A stretch of DNA of 64,000 bases from Octopus vulgaris (taxonomy: Eukaryota), in NCBI GenBank assembly GCA_951406725.2, contig OX597826.1:52452001-52516000 (forward strand), written 5' to 3'. The position numbers and the translations under genes are program-made. The notes under the pieces were generated by a model that was given only the letters and a program-made list of their open reading frames with translations, had not been told where the DNA came from and searched no databases. How positions within the stretch are numbered: position 1 is the first letter of the stretch; every line of letters starts with the position of its first letter. Below are positions 15,009 to 30,837 of this stretch, piece by piece.

Positions 15009-15140
15009 ATGTACATGTGTGTGTGTTTGTGTATAAATACACGCTGTTACACATTCCCTCATACAGACGCATTTAATATTCTAGTCTTCGTTTTCTCAAC
15101 GTGTCTTCCATCCTTCCTTCTGTTTACAAATATAAAGTAT

Positions 15141-15272
<132 letters not shown>

Positions 15273-15735
15273 CATCTATCTATCTATCTATCTAGTTGTC
15301 CATTTATATAACTGTCTCACTCTCTCCTTCTTTCTCTCATACACGTGCTCTCTCTCTCTCTCTCTCTCTCTTTTATTTTCGCCATCAGGTTTGACCTTTT
15401 CTTGTTACCACTCACACTCTCTCACCTCGCTCCTTCATACACACTTCATACACTTATTCTCTTCAGTTGAAATTCATCTTCCTTTCATACCGTATCTTTC
15501 CTTATCTAGGTATTTATCTATCACTCTGTCTATCTACATATTCAAGTGTGTTGAGAAATCATGTGCTTCTCGAACATGCCACGTACGAGGTTGGAAAGGT
15601 TGCTGTTGATTTGTTTTAACGTACGCACGCACGCACACACACACACGCACAAAGGAACACACACACAGGCACACTTACACACGTACACGCAAACATACAC
15701 GGGCACATATCTATACAATATGATGTATAATACAT

Positions 15736-15779
<44 letters not shown>

Positions 15780-15784
15780 CATGA

Positions 15785-16069
<285 letters not shown>

Positions 16070-16212
16070 GTGTGTGTATGTCTATCTATCTGTGTATCTA
16101 TCTATGCATGTCTCTATCTATCTATATATATATATAGTTCATAGATGAGATCAGATATTCTCCGTATAGAATACACTTGTTAGTGCTCAAGAAATATAAA
16201 CTTGAGCAGGTA

Positions 16213-16934
<722 letters not shown>

Positions 16935-17122
16935 GATGAATATGGTACTTAAGTTACACCAGAATTTAGTACGGTATTATCCATACAATTTCAAAATAAG
17001 GTGATTAAAATCGAAATAATTAATGGTCTACTATTGGCTTGCCCCTTTAATTGTCAGCAAACATCTTTATGTATGATTTCCTTTGCCAAATGTCATTATA
17101 TATATATATATATTTATATATA

Positions 17123-17169
<47 letters not shown>

Positions 17170-17204
17170 TCATATATATATATATATATATATATATTAG
17201 TAAA

Positions 17205-19340
17205 GCTATAGGGCCGATCCACTGGACCGTGCAGTGACTGGTTCCATGGTAGATAAATCGGCCTGCAGATTCACCCAGTTCGACATTGACGGCTTCTACT
17301 CTTCCATATCTGAAGGCTCTAACTTTTACTGAGCAATACGCCAAAATTTAGTGATCTTGATATCAGAATTATCATGAATACCAAAAAGTCAATTCTTGTC
17401 CACGACAATTCCTTCTGGGTGAAGAAAGAAGGCGTTCCATTGTTCGATGTCCCTATGGGATCTTTGAGGGGCTGAAATCGCTGACCTCGTCGGGTTATGC
17501 ATCTTTGATACCCGCAAGAGACGTACCCACCCACACAGGTTGGCCTTCTATAGGGACGACAGCCTGGCTATCTCTTGCCATATGAACGGCTACACCATGG
17601 ACAGGTTAAGGAAGGACTTGATAAAAATATTGAAGGAGTCCGGCCTGTCCATAACAATTACCAGCAACCTGACTACGGTCAATTTCTTGGACGTAACCTT
17701 AAACCTTGTTACGTGTAATTATTATATGGAAAGGAAGCCTAACGAAAAAATAGTATACATCTACAAGAGCTCAAGCCATCCCCCCTCCTGTAATTAGAAA
17801 CCTGGCTCAAGGCATTAGCAAACGACTATTTAATCTCTCGGCCAATAGAGAGATCTTTTACAGGGTCGGCCCACCATAACGATGCTTTGGCACGGAACGG
17901 GTTTACTGAGAAGCTCAGTTATGTGGACAACCCCCAAACACCCTCTCCTCACCACCAAAAGGATTAGGAAAAGGAACATTATATGGTATAACCCTCCCTT
18001 TAAACTTAGAAGCTTCCACCAAAGTAGCTTGGGGTTTCCTGTCGTTAAGAAACACTTCCCCAGAGGCCACAAGTATTAGAAACTTTCCAAACCCTCATTA
18101 TGTCAACATCGCACGCATCAACATGCACCCACACCACGCTCAACCCCAACCTGCAACTGACAAAACCCCACTATGTACCGTCTAGAAGGATTCTGCTTCT
18201 CAAGGGCCGTATTATATAGAACTACCCTTACACAATTCGATGGCATTATTGGGCACTATACGGGGATGACAGCCAATGACCTCAAGAGAAGATACTCCCA
18301 GCATATGCACTCGTTCAGATCCAGGGACAGAGAGAACTCTACTTCCCTGTCTCACTTTCTCTGGAAGCTCCATGACCTCCGAGACGAAACACCTTGCATC
18401 AAGTGGACATCATATTCATTCGGCGCGCCTGTCTACCACCTCTGTCCCCGCGAAAAACATATCTTCCATCAACAAGAAATGCGATTTATCTTATTGCTGT
18501 CACTAGCGGTAAGCCCTTCTCGCAAATTTCAAACCTCTGACTGCTGACAACCCGGATATACCCCCTTAGTACCAACTGCTACTCTGCACCAAGGTCACCG
18601 TCACTTACCAACCCCATAAGCAGTACAGCCAATTACCAATCCTCAACACTTACCAGTCTCCAAAGCTTATCAATCCCTAACGTTTACCAATTCCCAACGC
18701 TTTTTATAAGCATGTATATTCATGCATGCATGCGGGTGCGGGTGCGCATGTGTATGCACATACTAATATGCATGCGTGCATGTATGAATACATATGAGTG
18801 AATACGCATGTGTGGATGTATGTTCGTGTGCATGTGTTTGCATGTGTATATGTGCGTCCGCGTGCTTGTCCGTTCATATATATGTGCGTGAGTGTGGGTG
18901 TGTGTGCGCGCCCATGTACAGATATGTACGCCCGCATCAATATAGGCAAGCCAGCAAAACCATATAACCGCGTCTACACAACCACATCTACAACTATATA
19001 CTTGCGCATACCGTTCTTTCCAATCTCCCCTCCAACAATCTGACCGATTTCCTGCCCACCACGCGGTCCATTTCCTGCCCACACCGTGGTTGATTTGTTG
19101 TCCACAACTTGCTCGATTTCTTATTTACTATGCGGTGTTTTCCAACTAACTGTTGTCACTGATATTCGGTTATATCAACAGCAAACCACGACACTAGGTG
19201 ACTTTCCTGAACCAGTCGCAGCCCACCTTTCGGTAATAACAATCAACTTCTTTCATTCAAATTAAAAATGACTGAAGATTAGCATCACACTTGGAAACTC
19301 TCGGAGTACCAAGGAATTTGAATCAAACTGTTTTGATTCA
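17205..19340 (+). mobile_element. Degenerate Penelope-like element (RT plus GIY-YIG; Poseidon-like by motif)
   Basis: FDVPMGS, FYRDDSLAI, VNFLDVTLNL, SSHPP, IIWYNPPF, then AVLYRTT...HYTGMTANDLKRRYSQHMHSF (GIY-YIG). Many stops and frameshifts. CTGAAGA...GAAACTCTCGGAGTA near 19270-19310. Confidence 0.85.
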
Positions 19341-19344
19341 TATA

Positions 19345-19409
<65 letters not shown>

Positions 19410-21062
19410 CCAGAGATAGAGGATGATGGAGAAACAGAGGGTGAGAGAGAGAGAGAAGGGGGGGTGGAGATAGACCTAACTTTAACCATGAGTATCTTGG
19501 CAACATATACGATGCTCTCGCTAAATGCCTTATCGGCCTATACAGTCGCTAATAATTATAGACATTCTCATAGCTTTCCCTGGTGTGACAGCTAGGCAGT
19601 GAGAGATTTACACCAACACTCAACTGATACTGATATTCATCTGAGTTGACTGCAGTAATGTGAAAGGGAATACATTGCTCCAAGTTCCCATGCACTGCCT
19701 GGTCCAGGAACTGAACATATAGAATTATGATCACGACCCGAATATCCTAATCACTTGGTCATGTGCCTTCGTACACTCAGACACAGCCGTGTACAGACAC
19801 ACGTGCACACGTGTACATATATGGATGTAGAAAAATTGTTTAATTATAATACGAAATAACGGTTGCTCTCTACGAACCTGCTTTGGGGTCCCAACACAGA
19901 CTTTGTTCTTCCACCTTTCCAGAACATGCTGCAGGTTTATTACTGGTTGTTTCGGCTTTGGGTATAACGATGCACTATAGGTTTTTTTCTTACACTCTTC
20001 ATATTTTCCTCCGAAGGATCATTAGGGTAACGTTACTCGACGGGAAGGGGTATATCTCGGAGGTAAAGGAGTTTTTTCCAGTTCGTACCGCTACTCCTCC
20101 ACACTGAGAGGTCACAACATCGGCACTATAGACATGTGGTTATAATGTCGCAGGGAAGAATCGCTAGCCAGATTGTTCAAGCCGTGACAACTGACAGAGG
20201 ATGTGCGGTAGACCAAGTGCAAGAAGGGTGGACAATAATATCCACCCATGTGGTCATGCTTACGAATTCAGCAGGTAAGTGTAGTGACGGTTACTTCTGA
20301 TAGGCCCCTGAAGAGGACATTATCGGAGGGTTCTACCACCACAACACTCCCAGAAATAGTGTACGATGATAATGGACGGATGGATAAAGGAAAATATAAC
20401 CATTACTGCTCTTCCATGATTTTGACGCTAAGAGACCATCATCTGGATTTGATTCAAGCAAACATTCGAACGTTTCCTATAAGTGGTTGTTATGTTTTTC
20501 TAATGCAAATGCGATGTCAATAAGCAGTTATGGTATATACACTCTTGGACACACACACACACACACACACACACATGCACGCATACACTGAAACATATAC
20601 ATCGTTCATTAGAGCATTGGATGAATGAACAGGTCTTGGGAGTCCCTTTTGTATTGCATCCTGCTAATGGCCTACTTTTATCAAAAGCATTCAGCTAATT
20701 ATCTTAACCATTTGTTTAGGACTTCCAGGTCTATCATCCTTGTGTATGCGCGCGCGTGTGTGTGTGTGTATGTGTGTGAATGTGTGTGTGTGTATACACA
20801 AATTTTACATATGCACATGCCTAAAATGCAGCTATATCATAGTTTGATATCATTTCTATTCTCTAATTTCCCGTATCTCTTTTTGATAGGGCAATGTTTA
20901 TTAATGACAAAAGCATTTTTGCTCTATTAGCTTTGACATTTACTGAGAACAGTGGATTAAAGAATGATTTCTCGGCTTCTTTACTGAATGGTGACTTTTA
21001 AAACTTATGAGTGAGTAAATGTTATATTTTAATCTATTAATCTTTAGAGAATTATTACTATA

Positions 21063-21577
<515 letters not shown>

Positions 21578-22170
21578 GATAGCTACATCAAAGATAATTT
21601 TGTCTGACGATAAGTGAAACTTTCTTTTTACTTTGATATTTACTAGAATTTTGTAGAAAATAGGAAAGCTGTTTCAACAGGCAAAACGGTTTTCCGTTTG
21701 GTATATTATGTTTAGTCTCAAAAACTGAATATTACTTCTAAAATATCAATGGAGCTGTTACGTATCAGAGAAACTTTAATTGTGAAACATGGTGGTTTAT
21801 TAAATCTTTTCTGAATACGTTTAAATTTTGGCTGTCAGTGGGTGTATCAGAGTTATCAAATTGTTTTTATATAATCCCAAATAGAAAGTTGCTGAATTTA
21901 TTTAAGATGTTTTAAGATCAATATCCTAATGAGTCTAGATATCTGAGAGCACAGAAACGAATTTGACATCATGTTTTAATTATATGTCTCCATCATTTGT
22001 TACTTCTAAGAGTTCTGTTCAAAACATTCAAGATCCTTAATCCATGTGTCCTTATACTGAAGCTTTAGAATGTTCGGTCAGTTGCCAAACTAACAATCTT
22101 GGATGTTCTGAACAGAAATCAAAGCAAAATATACGGTAATGCTTCCAAGCTTTGTTATTTATGTAGTAAG

Positions 22171-22210
<40 letters not shown>

Positions 22211-22499
22211 CACACAAACACACACATATATATGCATACATATATACACACACATATACATATATATACATACATATATATATATATATATGTATATGTG
22301 TGTGTGTGTGTTTATGTGTGTGTGTGTGTTTAAATAGAGGTTAAAATAGCCTCATTAAGAGATAACAATATACAATGAATTACTGGTTCATTACCTATTA
22401 TTTTTTTGTGAATAGTAATATTCATAAAATAATAGGTTTAAGTATAAATCTTGGTTTATAAATATTGAAATAAAAATTCAGAAAATGGAGATTTACATA

Positions 22500-22647
22500 A
22501 CGGTATGTCTTTTCTACTCTTCTGATAAAATTTTGTGCAATATAATGTGCTAATTACTGGAATTTAATTATTTGGTAAAGATCGAAACAGCTGTAAGAGA
22601 ATATGTTGAATTCTTGCAGTTAATAAATTATGTTAATGCTACATCTG

Positions 22648-22652
<5 letters not shown>
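22500..22652 (+). ncRNA. Degenerate hammerhead-like motif (22517-22599) in a PLE-type terminus
   Basis: CTCT-T-CTGATAA...GAAACAGCTGTA-AGAG. Stem I CTCT/AGAG, palindromic stem III ACAGCTGT. Ends at (TA)n. Confidence 0.5.
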
Positions 22653-22723
<71 letters not shown>

Positions 22724-22748
22724 GTATGTGTATATATATATATATATA

Positions 22749-22867
<119 letters not shown>

Positions 22868-23267
22868 ATGTATAAAAATTAAAGTAAAATGTACTGTTGC
22901 TCACCAAGAATGAATGATATTGACTTAAGACGATGGTGATGAAATTAATGAAGATAATGACTGCACAGCAAAGATTTAAACCCCTTCAGGTGACGCCTCT
23001 TCATCAGGTGTTTTAAGATAACTCGTATCTTTGTGCAAGGCTGTCTTGGTGGACTTGAGGCACATTGTGATGGGAAGTTACTGTCGTTGTTTCTTCATGG
23101 TGGTGAGGAGAGTTTCAAATGTCTGCATGGCAGCATCGATGGCATTTTTAAATTGGAGAGACCGAATCATATAAGGTACACTGTATATATACATACATGC
23201 GTTTTTTTTGTGACCTCTGTTAATTTTGCATATTAGTTTCTAATTTATAATTAGCCACCTTTTTAAT

Positions 23268-23348
<81 letters not shown>

Positions 23349-23352
<4 letters not shown>

Positions 23353-26308
23353 GAAATGAAGAAAATGCTGACAAAATAATTTAAGTAAGGGAGAGTGTAT
23401 TTAATTAGGTGAAAGTTCTTTTTACCAGTTGCGCATTTGTTATGTTTATCAAAAGATATTTTTTTAAGATTTGCTTGGTTTCGCGCCTAAAATTTCTTGT
23501 GGACAATGGTCAATACAATTTTGATTGGTCATTATAAAGGGGTCACGTGAATATTTGAAGGGAAGTTGGTGTTGGGGTAAGAAAATAGGCTCCAGAGATG
23601 TTAAAATTTGGCTAGTGTCGCGCCTAAAATTTTTTATTGGTCATAATAAAGAGGTCACGTGGATGTGGTCATAATAGAGAGGTCACGTGAATGTTTAGAA
23701 TGAATGTTGGTGTGGGTGGTGTATGGAGTTTTCGAAAATAGCGTTGTTGAAAATTCTTATTGTTCAGGCTGGTCAGTAGACGTCATGTGGATATTGTAAA
23801 TAGCTTTTTAGCGCATAGTTAAGGAGTGTATTTTCCGCTTGACTGAATTTGAGCTGGATAAGTAAGTTCGTTTCGGACGGGAAGAGCTATATGTATGTAT
23901 GTGTGTGTGCGCACGCGCGCGCGCGCGCGTGTGTGTGTGTGTTTATATGTATGTTGGGGCGCGCGCGCGTGTATATATGTGTGCGTGTGTGGGTACAATT
24001 TTCAATATTTATAGTTCTGCTGGCCTTGTGCCTGTATCGGGAAACAACGTGTTTGTGTGAAGTCAATATTTACAGTGATTTCCAAAAAATAGTGTTGGAT
24101 GTTTTGCACCCGTATCGAATTATGTGTATGTGTGGAACCGTATATTTGCGTGTGTCATAGTGTTAATATCTGGGTAAAAGTGTGTTTAGGGTGTGTGCAG
24201 GTGTAAGTGTGTTTGTTGTGGGTTCGTGTTAGGGGGATGTGTTTAGAAGTGGTCTGTATTTATTAATAAGGTGGGATTCCATGGTTATTCGCTGGGTATG
24301 AGTGGCATTGTCTTTAAATTTGTAGAGGGGAAAATTCAAAAATTGGGATGAAGTTGTGCGGCACAGGTATCAATATGTGCACTAAGTGCTATTTTTCTGT
24401 ATTCCTGTATTTTTATTTGGGATCTGTGGACAGTCATGCGTTGGCGGAGGCTATTTTTAGTTTGGCCTATGTAGTGTTCATTACAGCCCGAGCAAGTTAA
24501 GACATATACTAGGTTTTCTGATGCGCATGTGAAGTTGTGTTTTACTGTGAAACGTTGTCCTTGTTTAAAAAGGAATTCCGGACCTTCTATTAGGTTGATG
24601 CATATACCACAGTTGGGTCTATTGCATTTGTTTACTGTGGGTTTAGTTGTTGTGGTTGGCAGTACTTTGGCATTTGTTAGGATGGTTTTCAATGATTTGG
24701 GTTGCCTTTTGCTCTTTATGATTTCGTGTGTTAGGATTTGGTTCATTCTATGGTCCTTTTTTAATACAGGAATGTTCTGGAGGATGGTGTCAAAAGCTTC
24801 ATTGTTGAGGGGGTTGTGTGTAGAGATGTATGGTAGAGTATGGGGTTTCGATATAACAGGTTTAGGGCGTCTAAGTTCCTGTGTGCTGAGTTTTAGGGTT
24901 CGTTGGATCCCATTGTCAATTAGTGACGTGGGGTAATCCCTGCTTGTTAATGTGTCCTTAAGTTCTTGTAGACGTAAGAGACGGGTGTTTTTATTGGAGA
25001 CTATAGTGCAAATTCTCTTGGCTAAGTTGTAGGGAATGTTAATTTTAACGTGTCTAGGGTGGCATGAATTGAAAGGGAGGTATTGCTTGGAGTCTGTGGG
25101 CTTGTAGTATATGTCTGTTTCTATTTTTTTGTTGTGAATTTTAATGAAGATGTCGAGGAAGGGAATTTGTTGAGGGCTGTATTCAATTGTGAAAAGAATG
25201 TTTGTGTTGAGCCCATTTATAAGGGTGTGAAATTATTTAAGCTTCTCGGCGGTTTCGGGCCAAAGGATGAAGCAGTCATCAAGATATCTCTTCCAGTTCT
25301 TCTCTATGTGTGTGTGGAGAGTGGTGCCAAATTGGTTAAGAACGTTATTATAGAGGGTTATTTCCAGGTGTCCCTGGACACTTTTACCCAGATATTAACA
25401 CCATGACACACGCAAATATATGGTTCCACACATACACATAATTCGATACGGGTGCAAAACATCCAACACTATTTTTTGGAAATCACTGTAAATATTGACT
25501 TTACACAAACACGTTGCTTCCCGATACAGGCACAAGGCCAGCAGAACTATAAATATTGAAAATTGTACCCACACACGCACACATATATACACGCGCGCGC
25601 GCCCCAACATACATATAAACACACACACACACACACACGCGTGCACACATACATACATATAGCTCTTCCTGTCCTAAACGAATTTACTTATCCAGCTCAA
25701 ATTCAGTCAAGCGGAAAATACACTCCTTAACTACGCGCTAAAAAGTTATTTAAAATATCCACATTACGTCTACTGACCAGCCTGAACAATAAGAATTTTC
25801 AACAACGCTATTTTCGAAAACTCCATACACCACCCACATCAACATTCATTCTAAACATTCAAGTGACCTCTCTATTATGACCACATCCACGTGACCTCTT
25901 TATTATGACCAATAAGAAATTTTAGGCGCGACACTAGCCAAATTTTAACATCTCTGGAGCCTATTTTCTTACCCCAACACCAACTTCCATTCAAACATTC
26001 ACCTGACCCCTTTATAATGACCAATCAAAATTTTATTGACCATTGTCCACAAGAAATTTTAGGCGCGAAACCAAGCAAATCTTAAACAACTCTGGAGCCT
26101 CTTTTTTCACATATAAGAGACAGCAAACCCAACATAAAGTCAGATAAGAGAAAAATATCTATCAGAAAGGAACTCTATCTCTCTTAAAAAAATATCTTTT
26201 GATAAGCATAACAAATGCGTAACCGGTAAGAAGAACTTTCACCTAATTAAATACACTCTCCCTTACTTAAATTATTTTGTCAGCATTTTCTTCATTTCCT
26301 TTTTTTAT
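23349..26308 (-). mobile_element. 5'-truncated Penelope-like element (Neptune-like) with ~830-bp inverted terminal repeats
   Basis: 23349-24183 is an inverted copy of 25378-26308; the right arm has an extra ~95 bp. Internal RT and GIY-YIG on the minus strand. Flanked by TA repeats. Confidence 0.9.
24240..25372 (-). pseudogene. PLE reverse transcriptase C-terminus, Zn-linker and GIY-YIG endonuclease
   Basis: WKRYLDDCFILW...IPFLDI...YYKPTDSKQYLPFNSCHP; CNRPNCGIC linker; NLVYVLTCSGCNEHYIGQTKNSLRQRMTVH. In-frame stops present. Confidence 0.9.
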
Positions 26309-26346
26309 ATATCACAACTCGTGTTCCACATCTCCTTTTTTAAATA

Positions 26347-26384
<38 letters not shown>

Positions 26385-27516
26385 AGATATATAGATATCT
26401 ACACTTATGTATATACATACATAAATATATATTTATTTGTATGTATATATATATATATATATTACATACATATGCATGTATGTATATGTATATACTTATG
26501 TGTGTGTCTTCCTCTCTGTGGTTGTTCCCTCACTGTCACTTGACAACCGATGTTTACGTCTCCGTGATTTAGCCGTTCGTCCTAACAGTCCGATAGAGTA
26601 AGCTTCCAAAGAATACATCCTAAGATCACTTTCTTCGACTAAAAATACCTTTAAAGAGTTGTTCCACTCGGACAGATTTTGTATGGCTGAATACCTCTTC
26701 CTAAGTAATACTTTACCATATCCAGATATGTTATATGGCGGATTGGAAACGAAGGACACCTCTTGCATGTCAGTGACACTTGCTTACTACGATTGCCTGT
26801 TGTCAAAGCAAGGTGACAGTAAAGCAATCCCCCCACTTAAACCTATATTTACGTAAAAGTACATATATGCGTATAAATATACATACGTGCATATATACAT
26901 GCAAATATATATACATTCATATATATTATATATATATATATATATAAATATATGAGTAGTTTCGTTTTAGTTATAAGAATATACCATAAGCAAGTATAAA
27001 AAATGGAGATGTTGAAACAGAAATAGATTTATTATAAAACTGGATTCAATGCATACGTATTGCCTTCCCATTACCGCTTGGCAATTGGTGTTGGTTTGTA
27101 CATGTCCCTGTAATTTAACAGTTCGGCAAAGAGACCGATAGAATAGATACTAGGCTTTAAAATAAGTCCTGGGGTCGATTTGTTCAACTGAAATTCTTCA
27201 AAGCGGTACTCTAGCATAGCTGCAATCAATAGACTGAAACAAATAAACAAAGACACACACATATATATCTAGAGTAGATGAAACCACGGCGACTGAAGAA
27301 GGGGTTTTTTCCTTGTGTTATTTGTCCTGTACTCTATTTTTTGTTGTTTAAGAAAAATGTCCAGTTCCTTGGGTTTGTGTCTATGTTTTCGTTTCTCATT
27401 GTGTTCGACGTTTTTTTTGTGTCCTGTACTCATATATGCGTGTATATATACATGTAGAGGTTGGTACGTACATATATGTATATATATATATGCATATGTT
27501 TTATTTATTAATATAT

Positions 27517-27547
<31 letters not shown>

Positions 27548-27566
27548 ATGTATATGTATATGTATG

Positions 27567-27644
<78 letters not shown>

Positions 27645-28243
27645 CATACACACATATATATATATATGTATATACGAATGAATGTATGTATGTATAAGTC
27701 AGTCTCCGCCTTTTCTTTGTAGAAGTTTTATAGTTATGTACTCCAGTAGAAATAAGTGGAAAATCGTTTGGTCGAACGTTAGATTGTTTTTATATATGAC
27801 TTGACATAAATGTGTGTGTATGTATGTGTGTGCGTGCGTGCATTATGTTTGTTCAGCATTATATATTATTAAGGTGGGTCTATTTTATGGAAGACTATAA
27901 ATAAACGACGGTATGATTTGCGAACCAACCCTCTTTAACTCGCCAAAAGTTTACGAATAACGAAGTACTGTATAATGCGTAACACATATAGTTGTAAAAG
28001 TTTCCTGTGGCATGGAGGTCGATACAAGTTCTAGAATGGATCGGTAGGGAAACAGCCATTCGTGGTATATAAATTGTAGATCTGCATTGAATTACTGAGT
28101 GACTTAAAGGAATTAAATTAATAGTCAACATTGTTTTAAAAGAGAAAACGAATACGGAAGCAATTGCTTTATCTCAAAGCTACTTGTAATCCTTGCGCTT
28201 AAAGCATATATCTTCTTTATTATTTATTGCATAACTTTAATTA

Positions 28244-29528
28244 CGAGGGACGTTCAATAAGTAATGCCTCTAACCCACTTGTTTGATCTAGCTGAAATTT
28301 TGCATGTGCAATCATTTATATCTCAATAGAGTAAGTGTCAAATTACAGCTCTGAATTAATTGTAGTGTCTGATTTACAGGCGTTTGAACCGAGTCAAGTG
28401 TGAAATGGAACCTGTTGAGTGTCGAGCAGTGATCCGGTTTTTGTATTTGAAAGGACGCACACCACGGGAGACTTTTCATGAAATGAAAGTAACTTATGGT
28501 GATGATGCCCCATCATATGAACTTGAAAAACGCTGGCATCGTGAATTCAAACATGGTGGGAACTCTGTGGAAACAGCTCCCAGATCTGGTCGCCCCCTTC
28601 TGCCATTGATGAGGCATCTGTCCGTCATGTTGAGTCTGCCATTTTGGAAGATCGACGCATAATTATTCGCCAAATAGCCCATGAGGTCAAGATTAGTACC
28701 GGGTCTGTGGAAACTATCATTCATGACCATTTGCATATGCAAAAGGTGTCTGCCAGATGGATTCCCAGGTTGCTCACGCCTTTCCAGAAGCAAGAACGCG
28801 TCGAGTGCTCGAGGGTGAATTTGGAGATGTGCCAAGAAGATGAGTCAAAATTTTTCAAAAGACTGATTACACAGGAAGAAACCTGGGTCCATCACGATGA
28901 TCCAGAGACCAAAGCCCAGTCAATGCAGTGGAAGCACCGTGACTCACCCCCTCCAAAGAAGGCAAGGGTGCAGCCCTCCGCTGGCAAGGTCATGCTCACA
29001 GTCTTCTGGGAGCAGGACGGAGTAGTGATGACAGATTTCCTGGCAAAGGGTACCACAATTGCAGGAGCCTATTATGCTTCACTTTTGAGGAAATTAAGAG
29101 AGGCTATCAAAATCAAGAGGCGGGACAAGATCAGCAAAGGCATCCTCCTCCTGCAGGACAACGCTCCGGTCCACAACTCGCTTGTCGCCAGATCAGAAGC
29201 ACAAGCGTATGGCTATAAACTCCTCCCCATCCCCCCTACTTTCCTGACCTTGCACCCTCTGATTTTCACCTCTTCTCAATCATGAAGTTGTTTTTGAAAG
29301 GAAAGCGTTTCCCAGATGATGCAGCCTTGATTTCTGAAGTCACGTTGAGGTTGGAGGAACAAGCTGGGTTCTTCTACAAAAACGGTCTCCAGAGCCGCAT
29401 CAAACGATGGGAGAAATGCGTAACTCTGGGTGGTTCCTATGTAGAAAAAGACTAATAACTGTGCCAAGTTTCGTTGCTCTACTGCTATGGGAAGTGGGTC
29501 AGGGGCATTACTTATTGAACGCCTCTCG
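28244..29528 (+). mobile_element. Mariner (D,D34D) transposon, 1285 bp, TA-flanked, probably irritans-like
   Basis: TIRs CGAGGGACGTTCAATAAGTAATGCC / GGCATTACTTATTGAACGCCTCTCG, with TA on both sides. Confidence 0.95.
28405..29455 (+). pseudogene. Mariner transposase pseudogene
   Basis: MEPVECRAVIRFL, RSGRP, WIPRLL, TQEETW (first catalytic D replaced by E), QDNA, PDLAPSDF. Frameshifts near 28600 and 29230. Confidence 0.92.
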
Positions 29529-29667
29529 TATTTACATAAATTATCTAATCATTAATATAAATTGATATATATTATTTGATTGTTACATAACCTTAATCAT
29601 TTATTACATAACTACAAGGTTGCATATATAGTTTTTCTTTTTGTGGCTGCGTGTCAATTATATTCTT

Positions 29668-30420
29668 TTCTACTCTAGGCACAAGGCCCCAAATTTTGGG
29701 GGAGGGGGCCAGTCAATTAGATCGACCCTAGTACGCAACTGGTACTTAATTTATCGACCCCGAGAAGATGAAAGACAAAGTCGACTTCGGTGGAATTTGA
29801 GCTCGGAACATAAGGACAGACGAAATACCGATAAGTATTTCACCCAGTGTCCTAAAGTTTCTGCCAGCTCACCGCTTTAGTGCCTCAATTATATTGATCC
29901 AAGTATTCAACTGATATTTATTTTGTCGACTTCAGATTTGTTTAATAATCCTTTCTTCTATGGGGGAAGGGGCTAGTCAATTACATCGACCCCAGTCCTT
30001 AACTGGTAATTTTTAAATCAAACCCCAAAATTATGAAAAGCAGAGTCGACTTCGGTGGAATTTGAACTCAAACGTAAGGACGAACGAAATGCCGCCAAGC
30101 ATTTTCCAGGAGTACTATCGATTCTGTCAGCTCACCGCCTTAGTTTTTGTTTTAGTAATAACCGTTTCTAGACCAGAATTTTGGGGGAGGGTTTAGTTTA
30201 TTATATGGCTCCTAGTACTTCACTAGTATTTTATTCACCTCAACGAAATTAAAGGCAATGTTGACTGCAAGCAGAAACAATTACCACAAAACATTTTGTC
30301 AGACGCTCTATCGATTCTGCCAATCCACCACTCTACGCTGCTGTAATAATGATTACTGTGTTAATTTAGACACAAAACCAGCAATTTTGGGAGAAGGAGG
30401 TAGTTGGTTGATCGACTCAA
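29668..30420 (-). mobile_element. Tandem cluster of 3-4 SINE family D copies of differing decay
   Basis: Repeated TTTTGGGG(G)AGG...GTCGACTTCGGTGGAATTTGA...CAGCTCACCGC units. Mirrored at 31440-32280. Confidence 0.7.
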
Positions 30421-30449
30421 TTCAATTCAATATATATATATATATATAT

Positions 30450-30795
30450 AATACGGAGATGTACTCGCATAGCAAGTGATTTGATCTGACATCGTGTGCT
30501 GAAACGAAAACAATTGCAGCATGGAAGGTGTTTGTAAGCCATTTAAGAAACATACAAAAGCCGTTCGATTCACTTCAACATTTAAGTTTAATTTGTCAAA
30601 ATATTTTCGTCGCTAAAATCCGCGACCTGTTCACTGACAAAAATACGTGCTGCATCTGATTTTTGTCAGTGAACAGGTCGCGGATTTTAGAGACGAAAAT
30701 ATTTTGACAAATTAAACTTAAATGTTGAAGTTAATCGAACAGCTTTTGTGTGTTTCTTAAATTGCTTAAAAACACCTTCCACGCTGCAATTGTTT
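30450..30795. mobile_element. Short palindromic element (arms ~30508-30645 and ~30659-30795) with hammerhead-topology motifs
   Basis: Near-perfect inverted repeat flanked by (TA)n. Each arm carries TTTGTCA-GTGAACAG-GTCGC-loop-GCGAC-GAAAATATTT-TGACAAA (right arm has GAGAC). Confidence 0.85.
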
Positions 30796-30805
30796 ATATA
30801 TAAAT

Positions 30806-30837
<32 letters not shown>

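Larger units (their letters stand above)
26450..30430 (+). repeat. Left arm of a ~4-kb inverted segmental duplication
   Basis: Reverse complement of 31517-35930. Mirror-image ORF pairs in the ORF track. Confidence 0.95.

Noticed and set aside
19265-19315. Hammerhead at the 3' end of the 17.2-19.3 kb PLE
   Set aside because: CTGAAGA and GAAACTC-TCG-GAGTA are present but stems I and II could not be paired; noted only as supporting context.
19860-20460. Relatively GC-balanced block as an exon or element
   Set aside because: No recognisable protein motif or long frame; probably an old repeat, cannot be supported.
28644-29285. Domesticated SETMAR-like gene
   Set aside because: TIRs are intact, there is no SET domain, and frameshifts plus a catalytic substitution indicate a dead transposon.
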